Virus record (IMG/VR): IMGVR_UViG_3300033149_002577
Direction: 5' to 3' (one strand)
DNA from: a virus
DNA: 62,207 nt
Numbering within the stretch: position 1 is the stretch's first letter; each line of letters starts with the position of its first letter. Under the pieces are notes generated by a model. That model was given only the letters and a program-made list of their open reading frames with translations. It had not been told where the DNA came from and searched no databases. This document shows, piece after piece, positions 18,101 to 26,463 of this stretch. A program made the position numbers and the translations under genes.

Positions 18101-20495
18101 AATCGGCGAAGCAGGTGCTTCGGTCGGCGTATCAGACGGGACCTCGACGGCCGACGCTATAGGTGAATCAACAGCCGTTTCAGTGGCAACGTCGGACGGA
18201 ACTTCAACCTCGGTCGCAATTGGCGAATCCACGGCCGCTTCAGTAGCAACTTCCGTCGGTACTTCTACGGCGTTAGCAATCGGCACTTCGGTCGGCGTTT
18301 CAGTCGGCACATCTGATGGAACTTCGACATCGATCGCCGTTGGAGAGTCTGAAAGCGACGCTGTCGGGACATCGGCCGGGACCTCAACATCCGTCGCAGT
18401 GGGCGAATCTACAGCGGTGTCCGATGGCGTATCAGACGGAACCTCGACAGTGACGGCTATATCGGCAACGACTGGCGTTGGCGTATCAGACGGTACGTCA
18501 ACAGCCGTTGCAATCGGTGAGGCAACAGCAACAACGGTCGGAACCTCTGACGGCGTATCAACCTCAATAGCTGTCGGTGAGGCATCAGCAACGGCCGTCG
18601 GCGTCAGCGATGGAACTTCAACAGCAACGGCAATCGGTGCAGCATCAGTCGGCGTATCCGATGGAACGTCTACAGCGACCGCTGTAGGCGAGTCATCCGT
18701 CGATTCGGTAGGGCTCTCAGATGGGACGTCAACGTCTACAGCGATCGGTGCGTCAACGGCTGTTTCGGTGGCAACGTCAACTGGAACATCGACATCGACA
18801 GCAATCGGAGAATCTTCGGCGCTTTCAGCGGGCTCTTCGGTTGGTACGTCAACATCGCTTGCAACCGGAGAATCGACCGCAGTTTCAGTCGGTGCATCTG
18901 ATGGCACCTCGACATCCACGGCAGTCGGCGAGTCAACAGCGGCATCAGCAGGCACATCAGTTGGCACCTCAACGTCGCTCGCAGTCGCTTCGTCAACCGG
19001 CTCTGTCGGAGTATCCAACGGTACTTCAACGGTGTTCGGAGCCAACTTCACGCCCTATGAGCCGGTCGGTAGTCCTCAGTTCTGGGGTACTCAGCGCGTC
19101 GATTTCAACAATGTTCTGAACTACGACTACGACGAGGCCTTCTCTTTCTCCACCTGGGTAAAGGGCTCCGTCGACTACGACCAAGAAGGTATGGTAATCG
19201 GGAAATACAACTATTCCGATCGCGGCTATCAACTCCGGTTCAACAATGACACCGGGCTGATCACCATCCTGATCTCTTCAAGTTCCGGGAATAGAATTGA
19301 TGTCGAATACACCGCGTCTGGCATCGCGAATGATAACGGCTGGCATCATATAGCGTTTGCTTATGACGGCTCAGAGGCGGCTTCAGGCGTTACCCTATGG
19401 GTCGATGGTAGTTCTGTGAGTCTCTCGACAAACACGGATACACTTAGCGCGACGATCGTTCATTCGGACGACTTGCTTATAGGGATGCACCCCGGTGATT
19501 CTTACGGGTTCGTGGGCCGTGTTTGCAACACCGCTTCGTGGAGTTCAGAGATCACCGACGACGATGTAACGCTCCTCTACACTCACTCCGCGTCTGCCGA
19601 TGACGTTGACGCGTCCAGTCTAGAGGCATGGTGGCACTTGGACGAATATGACGCCGCTTACCCGACGTTCACCGACGAGAGCAGCAATGGCTACGACGGC
19701 ACGCTCTCGTCGTCTCACGACGGGCTTATCACCACGGACGCCCCTGGATTGAGTTACGTAGCAGACCACGCGATGGCTTTTACTGCCGAGGAGCAATCAG
19801 TTAAAACTAGCGACCGATTTGATTTGGGCGAAACCGACGAGATCTCTGTGTCGATTTGGTTCCGAACGGCGCGCACTGTCTCCGGCGAACAAATGATTTT
19901 GTCAAAAGGTCAGTATGACTCCGACGCTGGATATTATTTTTATCTCGTGGTCGATGAAACCAACGATACGCTCTACGTTGAAGTCCAGGCCAATGGATCG
20001 ACCACGGTACGAAAAGCCTATGCTCAGGCTTCAGTCGGGACCTGGTCTGATGACGACTGGCATCATTTGGTCGCGACCTATGCGCCAGATAGCGACACAG
20101 AATTTACGGCAACCATCTACGTCGACGGAAGCTCAGAAAGCGTCACCGAAGAGGAGAACGACTCGTTCTCGGGTGCCAGTTACGGCAACGGCGATGGGTT
20201 CACCGTCGGTGCGAGTGACACTGGACCGTCGTATGAAAATACGTTTGGTGGAGAACTTTGTGAAATGCAATGGTGGCTTGAGGATTCAGGTGTATTGACC
20301 TCTGGAGACGCGACCGCCCTCTATAATAGCGGCGTCCCTCACGATAACCTTTACACAACCCTAGGTATTCCGACCATGTGGTACAGACTTGGCTCACAAG
20401 ATGTATTTTTCTACGTTTACAGCAGAGGATATGCCACCGATGACGCCTATATGGTGAGTATGTCATCTGGTAACATAGTGGAGGTGAGTTTTTAA
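15183..20495 (+). CDS. Giant fibre or decoration protein: N-terminal domain, then roughly 50 copies of a 20-aa G/S/T/A repeat, then 2 LamG-like lectin domains
   Basis: 1770-aa ORF with a GTG start. Repeat unit is like GTSTATAIGASSAFTVGDSD. The C-terminus carries two LamG-type signatures (AFSFSTWVK..GYQLRF..WHHIAFAYDG..LWVDG and ISVSIWFR..WHHLVATY..IYVDG). Confidence 0.8.
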   Translation: MATERQPPDAVLASTNYSTLNVGDIDEDPDSPDGSWGAWDGRGDTICGTSFGTPTGTPNEGAELQEFRVLARKTASGTVDPTYSLELWEDGGQVSVLATGTLTDSDLDPGTVIGGLWDATSLGTADGSLVECYFIQTNGGDGGSTRRGIEVGAVEWNVDYSAAATPGAGESDGTSEALATGASTAVAPGISAGTSTSEATGEATAESVGADADGTSASLATGEAILNAVGSSDGTSTTLGTGLSTAAADGDAPGTSEALATGESTVESDGLAEGTSTATAIGASSAFTVGDSDGTSTATSVGLAVTMGEGLSDGTSTADAVGAATADADGSSVGTSTATATGEATSEAEGSITGLSTSGATGTSEADAVGSSDGTSTADATGLAVTLGAGSSDGTSTATAQGVSTADAAGTSSGTSTSNAVGASTSTTVGTSTGASTALAVASLEGSVGVSDGTSTATATGLSTADSTGASTGTSTASATGLSVSDSVGTSTGTSTATAAGLSVVIGTGSSAGTSTSLATGLSQAESDGTSTGTSTSLATGVALNEAVGASVGTSTAAAIASAFGSVGFSAGTSIAAAFITAIVSSVGFSAGASTVVAEGVSDVASEGLSDGAAIVAGVGDSTVAPYRLWPPADIEIDASLAEIEIVAAVASTVPKNAELASMPISIEASITDIVSIEASISSFTQTILLSNGASIGDSISIAIGESYAETVGVSDGTSTVTAVVATSEGVGVSDGTSTVAATGASLFVATGTSAGTSTATAFTSSEGVGVSDGTSTALAVGTGIFVSEGSSVGTSTSLAVGASAVVSVGVSTGTSTSVATGGSTFVSVGTSDGVSTSIAVGASSAASLGSSIGTSTSLAIGESSAVSVGASAGASAVTAEAGYSGISIGTSTATAIGLSSVASVGVSDGTSTATAIATASEGVGVSDGTSTATAIGVSTAVSEGISDGASTAVSIGESTAVSAGISNGTSTAIGEAGASVGVSDGTSTADAIGESTAVSVATSDGTSTSVAIGESTAASVATSVGTSTALAIGTSVGVSVGTSDGTSTSIAVGESESDAVGTSAGTSTSVAVGESTAVSDGVSDGTSTVTAISATTGVGVSDGTSTAVAIGEATATTVGTSDGVSTSIAVGEASATAVGVSDGTSTATAIGAASVGVSDGTSTATAVGESSVDSVGLSDGTSTSTAIGASTAVSVATSTGTSTSTAIGESSALSAGSSVGTSTSLATGESTAVSVGASDGTSTSTAVGESTAASAGTSVGTSTSLAVASSTGSVGVSNGTSTVFGANFTPYEPVGSPQFWGTQRVDFNNVLNYDYDEAFSFSTWVKGSVDYDQEGMVIGKYNYSDRGYQLRFNNDTGLITILISSSSGNRIDVEYTASGIANDNGWHHIAFAYDGSEAASGVTLWVDGSSVSLSTNTDTLSATIVHSDDLLIGMHPGDSYGFVGRVCNTASWSSEITDDDVTLLYTHSASADDVDASSLEAWWHLDEYDAAYPTFTDESSNGYDGTLSSSHDGLITTDAPGLSYVADHAMAFTAEEQSVKTSDRFDLGETDEISVSIWFRTARTVSGEQMILSKGQYDSDAGYYFYLVVDETNDTLYVEVQANGSTTVRKAYAQASVGTWSDDDWHHLVATYAPDSDTEFTATIYVDGSSESVTEEENDSFSGASYGNGDGFTVGASDTGPSYENTFGGELCEMQWWLEDSGVLTSGDATALYNSGVPHDNLYTTLGIPTMWYRLGSQDVFFYVYSRGYATDDAYMVSMSSGNIVEVSF
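15680..19040 (+). repeat. Degenerate 60-nt (20-aa) tandem repeat region inside the giant CDS
   Basis: The GTST motif recurs every 20 aa. The region is interrupted at ~17050-17290 by a unique segment. The stop-poor repeats create long spurious antisense ORFs. Confidence 0.85.
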
Positions 20496-20789
20496 ATGGC
20501 GGATCTACGAGTAAATGATGTCGGCGTTTCCATCGAGGTCAAACTTAGCGAGGACGTGGGCGACGCAACCACGCTCGAGCTGCTTCTGTTGTCGCCATAC
20601 GATACGCCAAAATCGCTTACGGCATCGCTGGACGATAGCGATTCACCTCGGCTCGTAAAATACATTACCGAGGACGGCGATTTCGATATTTCTGGCCGAT
20701 GGCAATGCCAGATCAGGGTCGTTCAATTCGGTATGGATCGAAGAAGCTCGTCCTTCATCATCACCGTGGAAAGAGCTCTCGATGCCTAA
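20496..20789 (+). CDS. Small Ig-like (BppU_N-like) domain protein (97 aa)
   Basis: Pattern VSIEVKL..DATTLELLLLSP....YITEDGDFDISGRWQCQIRV...SSSFIITV resembles phage Ig-like baseplate or decoration domains. Confidence 0.45.
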   Translation: MADLRVNDVGVSIEVKLSEDVGDATTLELLLLSPYDTPKSLTASLDDSDSPRLVKYITEDGDFDISGRWQCQIRVVQFGMDRRSSSFIITVERALDA

Positions 20790-21354
20790 TCCACGAGGAC
20801 AATATCCGCCGCTCAACGATGCCGATATTCATGAGATCGATGAAACCTCATCATGCAACCTTGTCGAAAGCCTCGGTGGATGCGTCGACGATATCCGTCA
20901 GATAGCGACCGACCTTGGTGCTAGGCCTCACACCTATCATTCTATCAAGGTGCAGTGGAGCGGCGGTGAACTCGGCCGAGGCGAGCCGGAAGTAATCAGC
21001 GAAACGGCGATCCTCCCAACGCCGAGGACCGAGACCAGCGGGATCGATCGGAAGCTCGAGGCAGGTGGAATAGCAGAGCGCGGAGATGTCACTTTGACCG
21101 GCATCTCACCACGGTTCACCGAGGATGAGATTGACGAGCTCTTCGGCGCCACCGTCGAGGCCGGCTTTGAGGTGTTCATAGAGCAGCGGATCGATCTTCG
21201 TGATGGGGTGACCCGTCGACGTCGTTTCGTCCTTGCTCCTCGAGCACCGGAGCGACGCCCGACGCGGACTGATTGGAAGGTCTTCCTGCGGAAGGCTGAC
21301 GGCAATCGACTGCGTGATGGTCAGGTTCGTAAGGCTCGGGAGCAGGTCTGGTAA
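20782..21354 (+). CDS. Head-tail joining protein (putative)
   Basis: 190-aa ORF between the head genes and the gp10-like gene. Assigned by position only. Confidence 0.4.
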   Translation: MPNPRGQYPPLNDADIHEIDETSSCNLVESLGGCVDDIRQIATDLGARPHTYHSIKVQWSGGELGRGEPEVISETAILPTPRTETSGIDRKLEAGGIAERGDVTLTGISPRFTEDEIDELFGATVEAGFEVFIEQRIDLRDGVTRRRRFVLAPRAPERRPTRTDWKVFLRKADGNRLRDGQVRKAREQVW

Positions 21355-21845
21355 TGACCATCAAGATCAGCATCAGAGATTTTGCCGGCAAAGTCGAAGC
21401 GCTTGGGCCAGAGCTCGAAGCCGCTGCTCTCCGTGGTATCTACTCGGCAGCTTTGAGGCTCGAAGGTATGGTTGTTGATTCTATCGCTGCCACGACGCCC
21501 TACCCGCCTCAAGACACGGGCGAGCTTTCTCGGTCCGTAACGACCACGAAGAAGAAAAACGGCGCCACGGTCCAAGCTAACGCGCCTCATGCACCATTTA
21601 TGGAATACGGAACACGACCACACTTCCCGCCGCTGCAACCCCTTGCTGAATGGGCCTATAGAAAGGGCCTTGCAGACAGCGAAGAAGAAGCGATGGGCGT
21701 TGCGCTTGCAGTGGCCAGGAAGATCGCGAAAAAAGGGATTGCCCCTCGGTTTTTCATGAAGCGAGCCATTGAGGAACTCGAGCGACAACACATCGTTGAA
21801 AAAGAAATCATCCACGAACTCAAGACCTCGGGACTTCTGACATAA
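21354..21845 (+). CDS. HK97 gp10-family neck / tail-completion protein
   Basis: Signature TGELSRSV...ANAPHAPFMEYGTRPH is typical of the HK97 gp10 family. Confidence 0.65.
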   Translation: MTIKISIRDFAGKVEALGPELEAAALRGIYSAALRLEGMVVDSIAATTPYPPQDTGELSRSVTTTKKKNGATVQANAPHAPFMEYGTRPHFPPLQPLAEWAYRKGLADSEEEAMGVALAVARKIAKKGIAPRFFMKRAIEELERQHIVEKEIIHELKTSGLLT

Positions 21846-21855
21846 CGGAGGAATC

Positions 21856-22542
21856 ATGGCAGTCGGCGACATCATTTCAACAGGTGCCCCATCGATGCCC
21901 GAGGCGCTTCCCGGGCTTATGGGGCCGACGGTAGCGATGAGAGAAGCTCTTGCTGCCTATCTCCTCGGGATAACTTTTCGCGTTGCAGGCGGTGACGATA
22001 TGAGGGACTCGGTCTTCAAGCTCGAGGAAGCCCTCGACCACTTCCCGAGGCCGAGCGAAACCCTGAATTATCCGTGCACCTCAATCGAGGAAATGGCCGA
22101 GACATCTAACGATCAGCCGATCTCTCCAGCACCGCTCGAGGATACCTTGGGCACCTTCGATTCGATGATCGGGTGGACTGGTGCCGATCCTCAAACCTGT
22201 CTTTGGGTGGTCGGCGAAGCTGAGACGATGTTTCAGCTCGACTTCTGGTGTGATCGTGACCCGGATCGGCAGGCCATCGAGGGACAACTAGCCAACATTT
22301 TCAGCCCGGAAGAGGGCTGTTCAGGCGTGGTCCTCGAGGCTCCTGAACTCTATTTCGGACAGGATTGTGAGTTTTCTCTTCTCTCGCAGCGGTTTGATGA
22401 TTCAGGGCTATTCTCAGAGCGTAATGAGCTTCGGCTTCGGTGTGTTATCGAGGCATCCTGCGCCATCGTAGCGCTCAGGAAAGTGATCTTGATGAAGCCA
22501 ACGACGACCGTTGATGCTGTTGATCCACGCGACCCCTCTTAA
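21856..22542 (+). CDS. Neck / tail terminator-region protein (putative)
   Basis: GGAGG RBS. 228-aa ORF immediately before the sheath candidate. Assigned by position only. Confidence 0.4.
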   Translation: MAVGDIISTGAPSMPEALPGLMGPTVAMREALAAYLLGITFRVAGGDDMRDSVFKLEEALDHFPRPSETLNYPCTSIEEMAETSNDQPISPAPLEDTLGTFDSMIGWTGADPQTCLWVVGEAETMFQLDFWCDRDPDRQAIEGQLANIFSPEEGCSGVVLEAPELYFGQDCEFSLLSQRFDDSGLFSERNELRLRCVIEASCAIVALRKVILMKPTTTVDAVDPRDPS

Positions 22543-22605
22543 TAGCCGTTCAGCGAACATCCCATCGGTGTGCTAGTCTCCTCCGTATACGAGGAGGTTC
22601 CTATA

Positions 22606-24792
22606 GTGCCTTTTGTTCGACGCTCTACGACGACACCAACGACCGAACAACTAACGGCGATCGAGCAGACATGGATCATCGATCGCACCCCACAAACACC
22701 CTCTCAAGGCGCCGGATGGGGCGTGCTTTTGACGGTCGCTGAATTCGAGGACGGCGCATTCAATACGCCGACTGAGGTTTACGGAAACACGCACCTCGAA
22801 TCAGACTTCGGTGGGTTCGGTTACTCATACGGATCGCTCGAGCATCAAAACCCATGTGCTCGACAGCACCTCGCCGAATTCTGGAACGGCAATGGATGGA
22901 TGAAACTTGCAGGCCTCAAACCTTCGAGGCGCGTGATCAGCCGGGTTGACACTTCGGTCGGTGACGTTCGATTCTCCATCGCTGCGGCGCTTCGCTCTGA
23001 TGCCGCTCCGTTCGACCTGGCCAACGCTGCTCAACTCTCGGTTACGACCGACGTAGGTGGACCTGAGAACTCGACAGCCCTCGCCGCCGTGGTAGCCACG
23101 GTTGCCGGCTCTGGCTTGGCGGTTTCGTTCACAGGTGGCGAGCAGATTACTATCCAGGTCGATGCGATCCCGGCAATCACCATCACGTTCCAGGCTGCCG
23201 ACACCACGTCAACCCTCGTCGCGGCTCGAATCAACTCATTCATGGGGTATGCGTGCGCAGTCGAAAATACTGGAGAGGTCGACCTTTCCGGAATCCAACT
23301 CGGCACCGGCGGGAATCTCACTCTTGCCGACATCACCGCAGGAACCTTGGTCGATATTGGACACGCAGCCGGCGACACCTCGGGAACAGGTAACGTGGTC
23401 AACGCGGCCGCAGTTACAGGAGCCGAGGCTGTGACACTGATTGAGTCAGCCGGAATCCTCGGCGACGATGCTCTCGCCAGCGTCGACGCCGTGACCGGCC
23501 AGGTCGTTGTTTATCGCTCTGGTAGTTCAACCGGGACGATTCAGATTGATGACGTCGCCGGAACAATGGCGACGCTGATGGGCTTCACGACAGCCACCAC
23601 GATCACCGCAAACGTCGGCGCTGCTTTCAGCGTCAACGCCGGAACGAGGGTTCAGAACGCCGGTGGTGACGAATGGGTAGCAATGCGCACGCTGAGCTGG
23701 CCCGAGGGCACCGTTGCAGCTCCCAACGACGCTACGCAAGACGTAGAGATCAGGCCGGCTAACGACGTCGGTACCCTCGGCAGTGAGACCGCTGGAAACG
23801 TCAATGTCCTCGTCGATATGCCCACGGATCGAATGGTTGAGGTCACGAACCCGGCCAACGTATCTGCGGCGCTCACCGAGCCTCAAATCGATGCCGCCTA
23901 TGCTGACGCCTGGGATGCCACGCTCAATCAAGAGCTCAAGGCTGCTCGAGAGGTCAATGTTTCGCTCTGCGCTCGCCGAAGCGACGCGGTCGTAAGGCAG
24001 GGACGCCAGAACGCCATCGACGCATCAGATAACGGCTGCTATGGCAGGAAGTTCGTCACCGGGAGCACGCTCGGCACCACGTCGGCAGCGGCTATCACTG
24101 CCGTTGCAAACTTCCGCTCTGACCGAGTCTTCTATTCTCACCGAGGCTTCCTCCAGACCTTCCCGGAGATCGCGAAACTGGGCACGGCTGGCGGCGTTGG
24201 CTTCACGGCATCCGGACAGCTTACGATCCGAGCCGATGGGCCTCTCGCCTATCTCCGATGCGCCATGAATCCAGAGGAAAACATCGGGCAAGACACCGGA
24301 AAGCTGACCTTCCTCGACGGCCTCGAGGTCGTATCGGAAACGTACAACTACGCACTCTACGTCGCGTTCAAAGCTGCCGGGCTCTGTGTTCCGAAGGTCG
24401 AAAAAGGCGGCGCTCTCACGTTCCAATCCGACGTAACTTCGAGCCTGAACGCTGGACGCACCACGCAGAAACGCCGGTCTTTCGCGGACTACTCGCAAGA
24501 CTCTCTTGCACTCGTGCTCGAGCCCTACTCAAAGAAGCTCGGCACCGATGCTCGACGAGCCGGAGCCCTGGCCGCTCAGGTCTCATTGCTCGAAGATTGG
24601 ATGAGCCGGAAGGACCCGAACGGCCAACGAATCAAGGACTATTCGATTAACGAAAGCACCTCGAACAATCCCAACTGGGAAGCTCTCGGTATTTTCGCCT
24701 GGCAAACTAGAATCGATATGCTTTCGAGCATGGACACGATGATCGTAGACACCGAGGTCGGCGAAGGCGTCATCATCGCCACAGTTCAATAA
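22606..24792 (+). CDS. Tail sheath protein (candidate)
   Basis: Large ORF directly upstream of a tube-sized gene, the chaperone frameshift pair and the tape measure. GTG 22606 has a GAGGAGG RBS and is preferred to track start 22570. Confidence 0.6.
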   Translation: MPFVRRSTTTPTTEQLTAIEQTWIIDRTPQTPSQGAGWGVLLTVAEFEDGAFNTPTEVYGNTHLESDFGGFGYSYGSLEHQNPCARQHLAEFWNGNGWMKLAGLKPSRRVISRVDTSVGDVRFSIAAALRSDAAPFDLANAAQLSVTTDVGGPENSTALAAVVATVAGSGLAVSFTGGEQITIQVDAIPAITITFQAADTTSTLVAARINSFMGYACAVENTGEVDLSGIQLGTGGNLTLADITAGTLVDIGHAAGDTSGTGNVVNAAAVTGAEAVTLIESAGILGDDALASVDAVTGQVVVYRSGSSTGTIQIDDVAGTMATLMGFTTATTITANVGAAFSVNAGTRVQNAGGDEWVAMRTLSWPEGTVAAPNDATQDVEIRPANDVGTLGSETAGNVNVLVDMPTDRMVEVTNPANVSAALTEPQIDAAYADAWDATLNQELKAAREVNVSLCARRSDAVVRQGRQNAIDASDNGCYGRKFVTGSTLGTTSAAAITAVANFRSDRVFYSHRGFLQTFPEIAKLGTAGGVGFTASGQLTIRADGPLAYLRCAMNPEENIGQDTGKLTFLDGLEVVSETYNYALYVAFKAAGLCVPKVEKGGALTFQSDVTSSLNAGRTTQKRRSFADYSQDSLALVLEPYSKKLGTDARRAGALAAQVSLLEDWMSRKDPNGQRIKDYSINESTSNNPNWEALGIFAWQTRIDMLSSMDTMIVDTEVGEGVIIATVQ

Positions 24793-24811
24793 TCACTGAG
24801 GAGGCTAGAAA

Positions 24812-25246
24812 ATGGCTAACCGGAAACTCAAAGGATCGAACACCTCGGTGAACGTAGTATCAGCGTTGACGGGGCTTCGAGTCGAATTCACGGATATCAA
24901 GGACTGCACCATCACGTTCGATCGCGATGTGACGTCTGAGGGCTACCTCGGGCAAAACACCGAGCAAAAGAGTTCTGACTTCAAGGGCGTTTCGTTCAAA
25001 TTCACCGCTCATGCTCGGCAAAAAGCAATTCTCAATCTCATCCATCTGATCAATCAAATCACCCGCGGTCTCTCGGTCGATTCAGTCCAGATCGTCACGA
25101 CCCTTCGGTTCCCTGACGGCATCAAACGAGTCGTCATCCCAAGCGCCGAGTTCGGCAACCTCGAGGTCGGCATCGGTGGAAAGGCGGAATTCGTTTCGTT
25201 CCCGTTCGAGGGCTCTGCCGACGATTATCAGATCTTGGAGGCGTAA
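24812..25246 (+). CDS. Tail tube protein (candidate)
   Basis: 144-aa ORF with a GAGGAGG RBS between the sheath and the chaperones. Confidence 0.55.
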   Translation: MANRKLKGSNTSVNVVSALTGLRVEFTDIKDCTITFDRDVTSEGYLGQNTEQKSSDFKGVSFKFTAHARQKAILNLIHLINQITRGLSVDSVQIVTTLRFPDGIKRVVIPSAEFGNLEVGIGGKAEFVSFPFEGSADDYQILEA

Positions 25247-25350
25247 GCCGTATCATCATATCCAGGGCCAGCAAGGCGGGGTGGTGTCTCCTCCCGTTGT
25301 GGCCTTGTGAAGCCCTGGACCTAACACAACCTCTCACAACGGAGGATAGA

Positions 25351-25866
25351 ATGGAGAACACGATGGATAAAGAAAAAGCACCTGCAACGCCAGAATTCGC
25401 GCCATCAGTCATCGATCAAATCATGGCCAGGGCGAGCACCTCGAGTCAGGAAGGGCCGGGCGAGCTCAGAGGGCGTGGTTGCACGGTAATGATCGTTCCG
25501 GAGCAATGCCGACCCGGCTACCTCACCGAGCCCATTAAGGTCGGTATCTCAGAGCTCACCAGTAATGAAGAACTCGACGCCTATCGAGAATTTGGCGGTA
25601 TCAAGGTCGACGTCAACGCAGACGGCGAGGCCGAGGTTGAGAGCAAAGAGGCCTCCGTCCCTCAGCAAGCTCTCGCCGTATCATTGGCGAAGGGAGCGAT
25701 CCGGACGGTCAACGATCGGAAGCTCACCCGGGATGAACGCCGCGTCATGTGGGAGATCCTCGGCATGACTGGAAGGCTCGCTCTCGGGATGGCCTATATG
25801 GCTCATTGTTCGGGCGCTGCCGGGGGTTTTCTCGAGCGCTCGATGGCCTCAATCGAGGTTTGGTAG
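25351..25866 (+). CDS. Tail assembly chaperone (short, gpG-like product)
   Basis: ATG 25351 with a GGAGG RBS. Lies between the tube and tape-measure genes. Contains the slippery heptamer near its 3' end. Confidence 0.6.
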   Translation: MENTMDKEKAPATPEFAPSVIDQIMARASTSSQEGPGELRGRGCTVMIVPEQCRPGYLTEPIKVGISELTSNEELDAYREFGGIKVDVNADGEAEVESKEASVPQQALAVSLAKGAIRTVNDRKLTRDERRVMWEILGMTGRLALGMAYMAHCSGAAGGFLERSMASIEVW

Positions 25867-26135
25867 CGCGAAATGACTCAGATATGGCTGCCGGGTTTCA
25901 ACTCTATATCCTCTGGTTTTCAATTATTCGAGACTGGGAACAGTGGCGCCCAAGGATGGTCAGTGACATCTTCAAACGAACTGCGTGGATCTGTCGATAC
26001 AGTCGAAGCGTTGGGTTTAGGGAGGCGATGGGAATGAAAGCTTGGGAACGCAATCGGTTCATGGACGCCCTTCAAGAACTCATCGAAGAAGAGACGAGCA
26101 AGGGCGGGATTTCGTCGGAGATGCTCGATGATTAA
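25351..26135 (+). CDS. Tail assembly chaperone, -1 frameshift fusion product (gpGT-like)
   Basis: G_GGT_TTT at 25824-25830 is in the X_XXY_YYZ register of the 0 frame. The -1 frame is open from there to TAA 26133-26135. Confidence 0.5.
25824..25830 (+). promoter_or_regulatory. Candidate -1 programmed ribosomal frameshift heptamer GGGTTTT
   Basis: Correct register relative to CDS 25351..25866. This is the canonical location for a tail chaperone frameshift. Confidence 0.5.
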
Positions 26136-26454
26136 CCCATGGACAGTCCTCGGTGTAAAACCCGGCGACACAGAGGCCGACCTAGCCCGAGCCTATCGCC
26201 GAAAGATGTTCGATGCTCATCCGGATCGTGGCGGTGACCCTGCGAAAGCAAAGTTGCTGGCCAAGATCTACGAGGGCTTCAAAGGGCTCCTCCGGGACGA
26301 TGGGCACGGTACGAAAAGGATCGTGCTGCCGACTCCGAGGCCAATATTTAGAAGCGGTCCGCAGTTCGTTATTCACGTCACTCAAGGCCATGGCGTCTCA
26401 GCCACATTCACCTCCTCGACTACGTCATCAGGGTTTTATCCGCCATCGTGGTAA
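26128..26454 (+). CDS. J-domain (DnaJ-like) protein
   Basis: N-terminus WTVLGVKPGDTEADLARAYRRKMFDAHPDRGGDPAKAKLLAKIYEGFKGL carries the HPD tripeptide and the J-domain helix pattern. Confidence 0.75.
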   Translation: MINPWTVLGVKPGDTEADLARAYRRKMFDAHPDRGGDPAKAKLLAKIYEGFKGLLRDDGHGTKRIVLPTPRPIFRSGPQFVIHVTQGHGVSATFTSSTTSSGFYPPSW

Positions 26455-26463
26455 GCTGGCCTC

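Noticed and set aside
15659-19051. Long antisense ORFs: 15659-16378, 16382-16924 and 17060-19051 on the minus strand, plus several + strand off-frame ORFs.
   Set aside because: They lie entirely within the 60-nt repeat region of the 1770-aa gene. Their openness is a by-product of the stop-poor repeat composition. They have no RBS.
19595-19615. An operator-like sequence ACGTTGACGCGTC inside the giant fibre gene.
   Set aside because: It is only a partial match with no promoter hexamers around it and lies deep inside a coding region. It is probably a chance occurrence.
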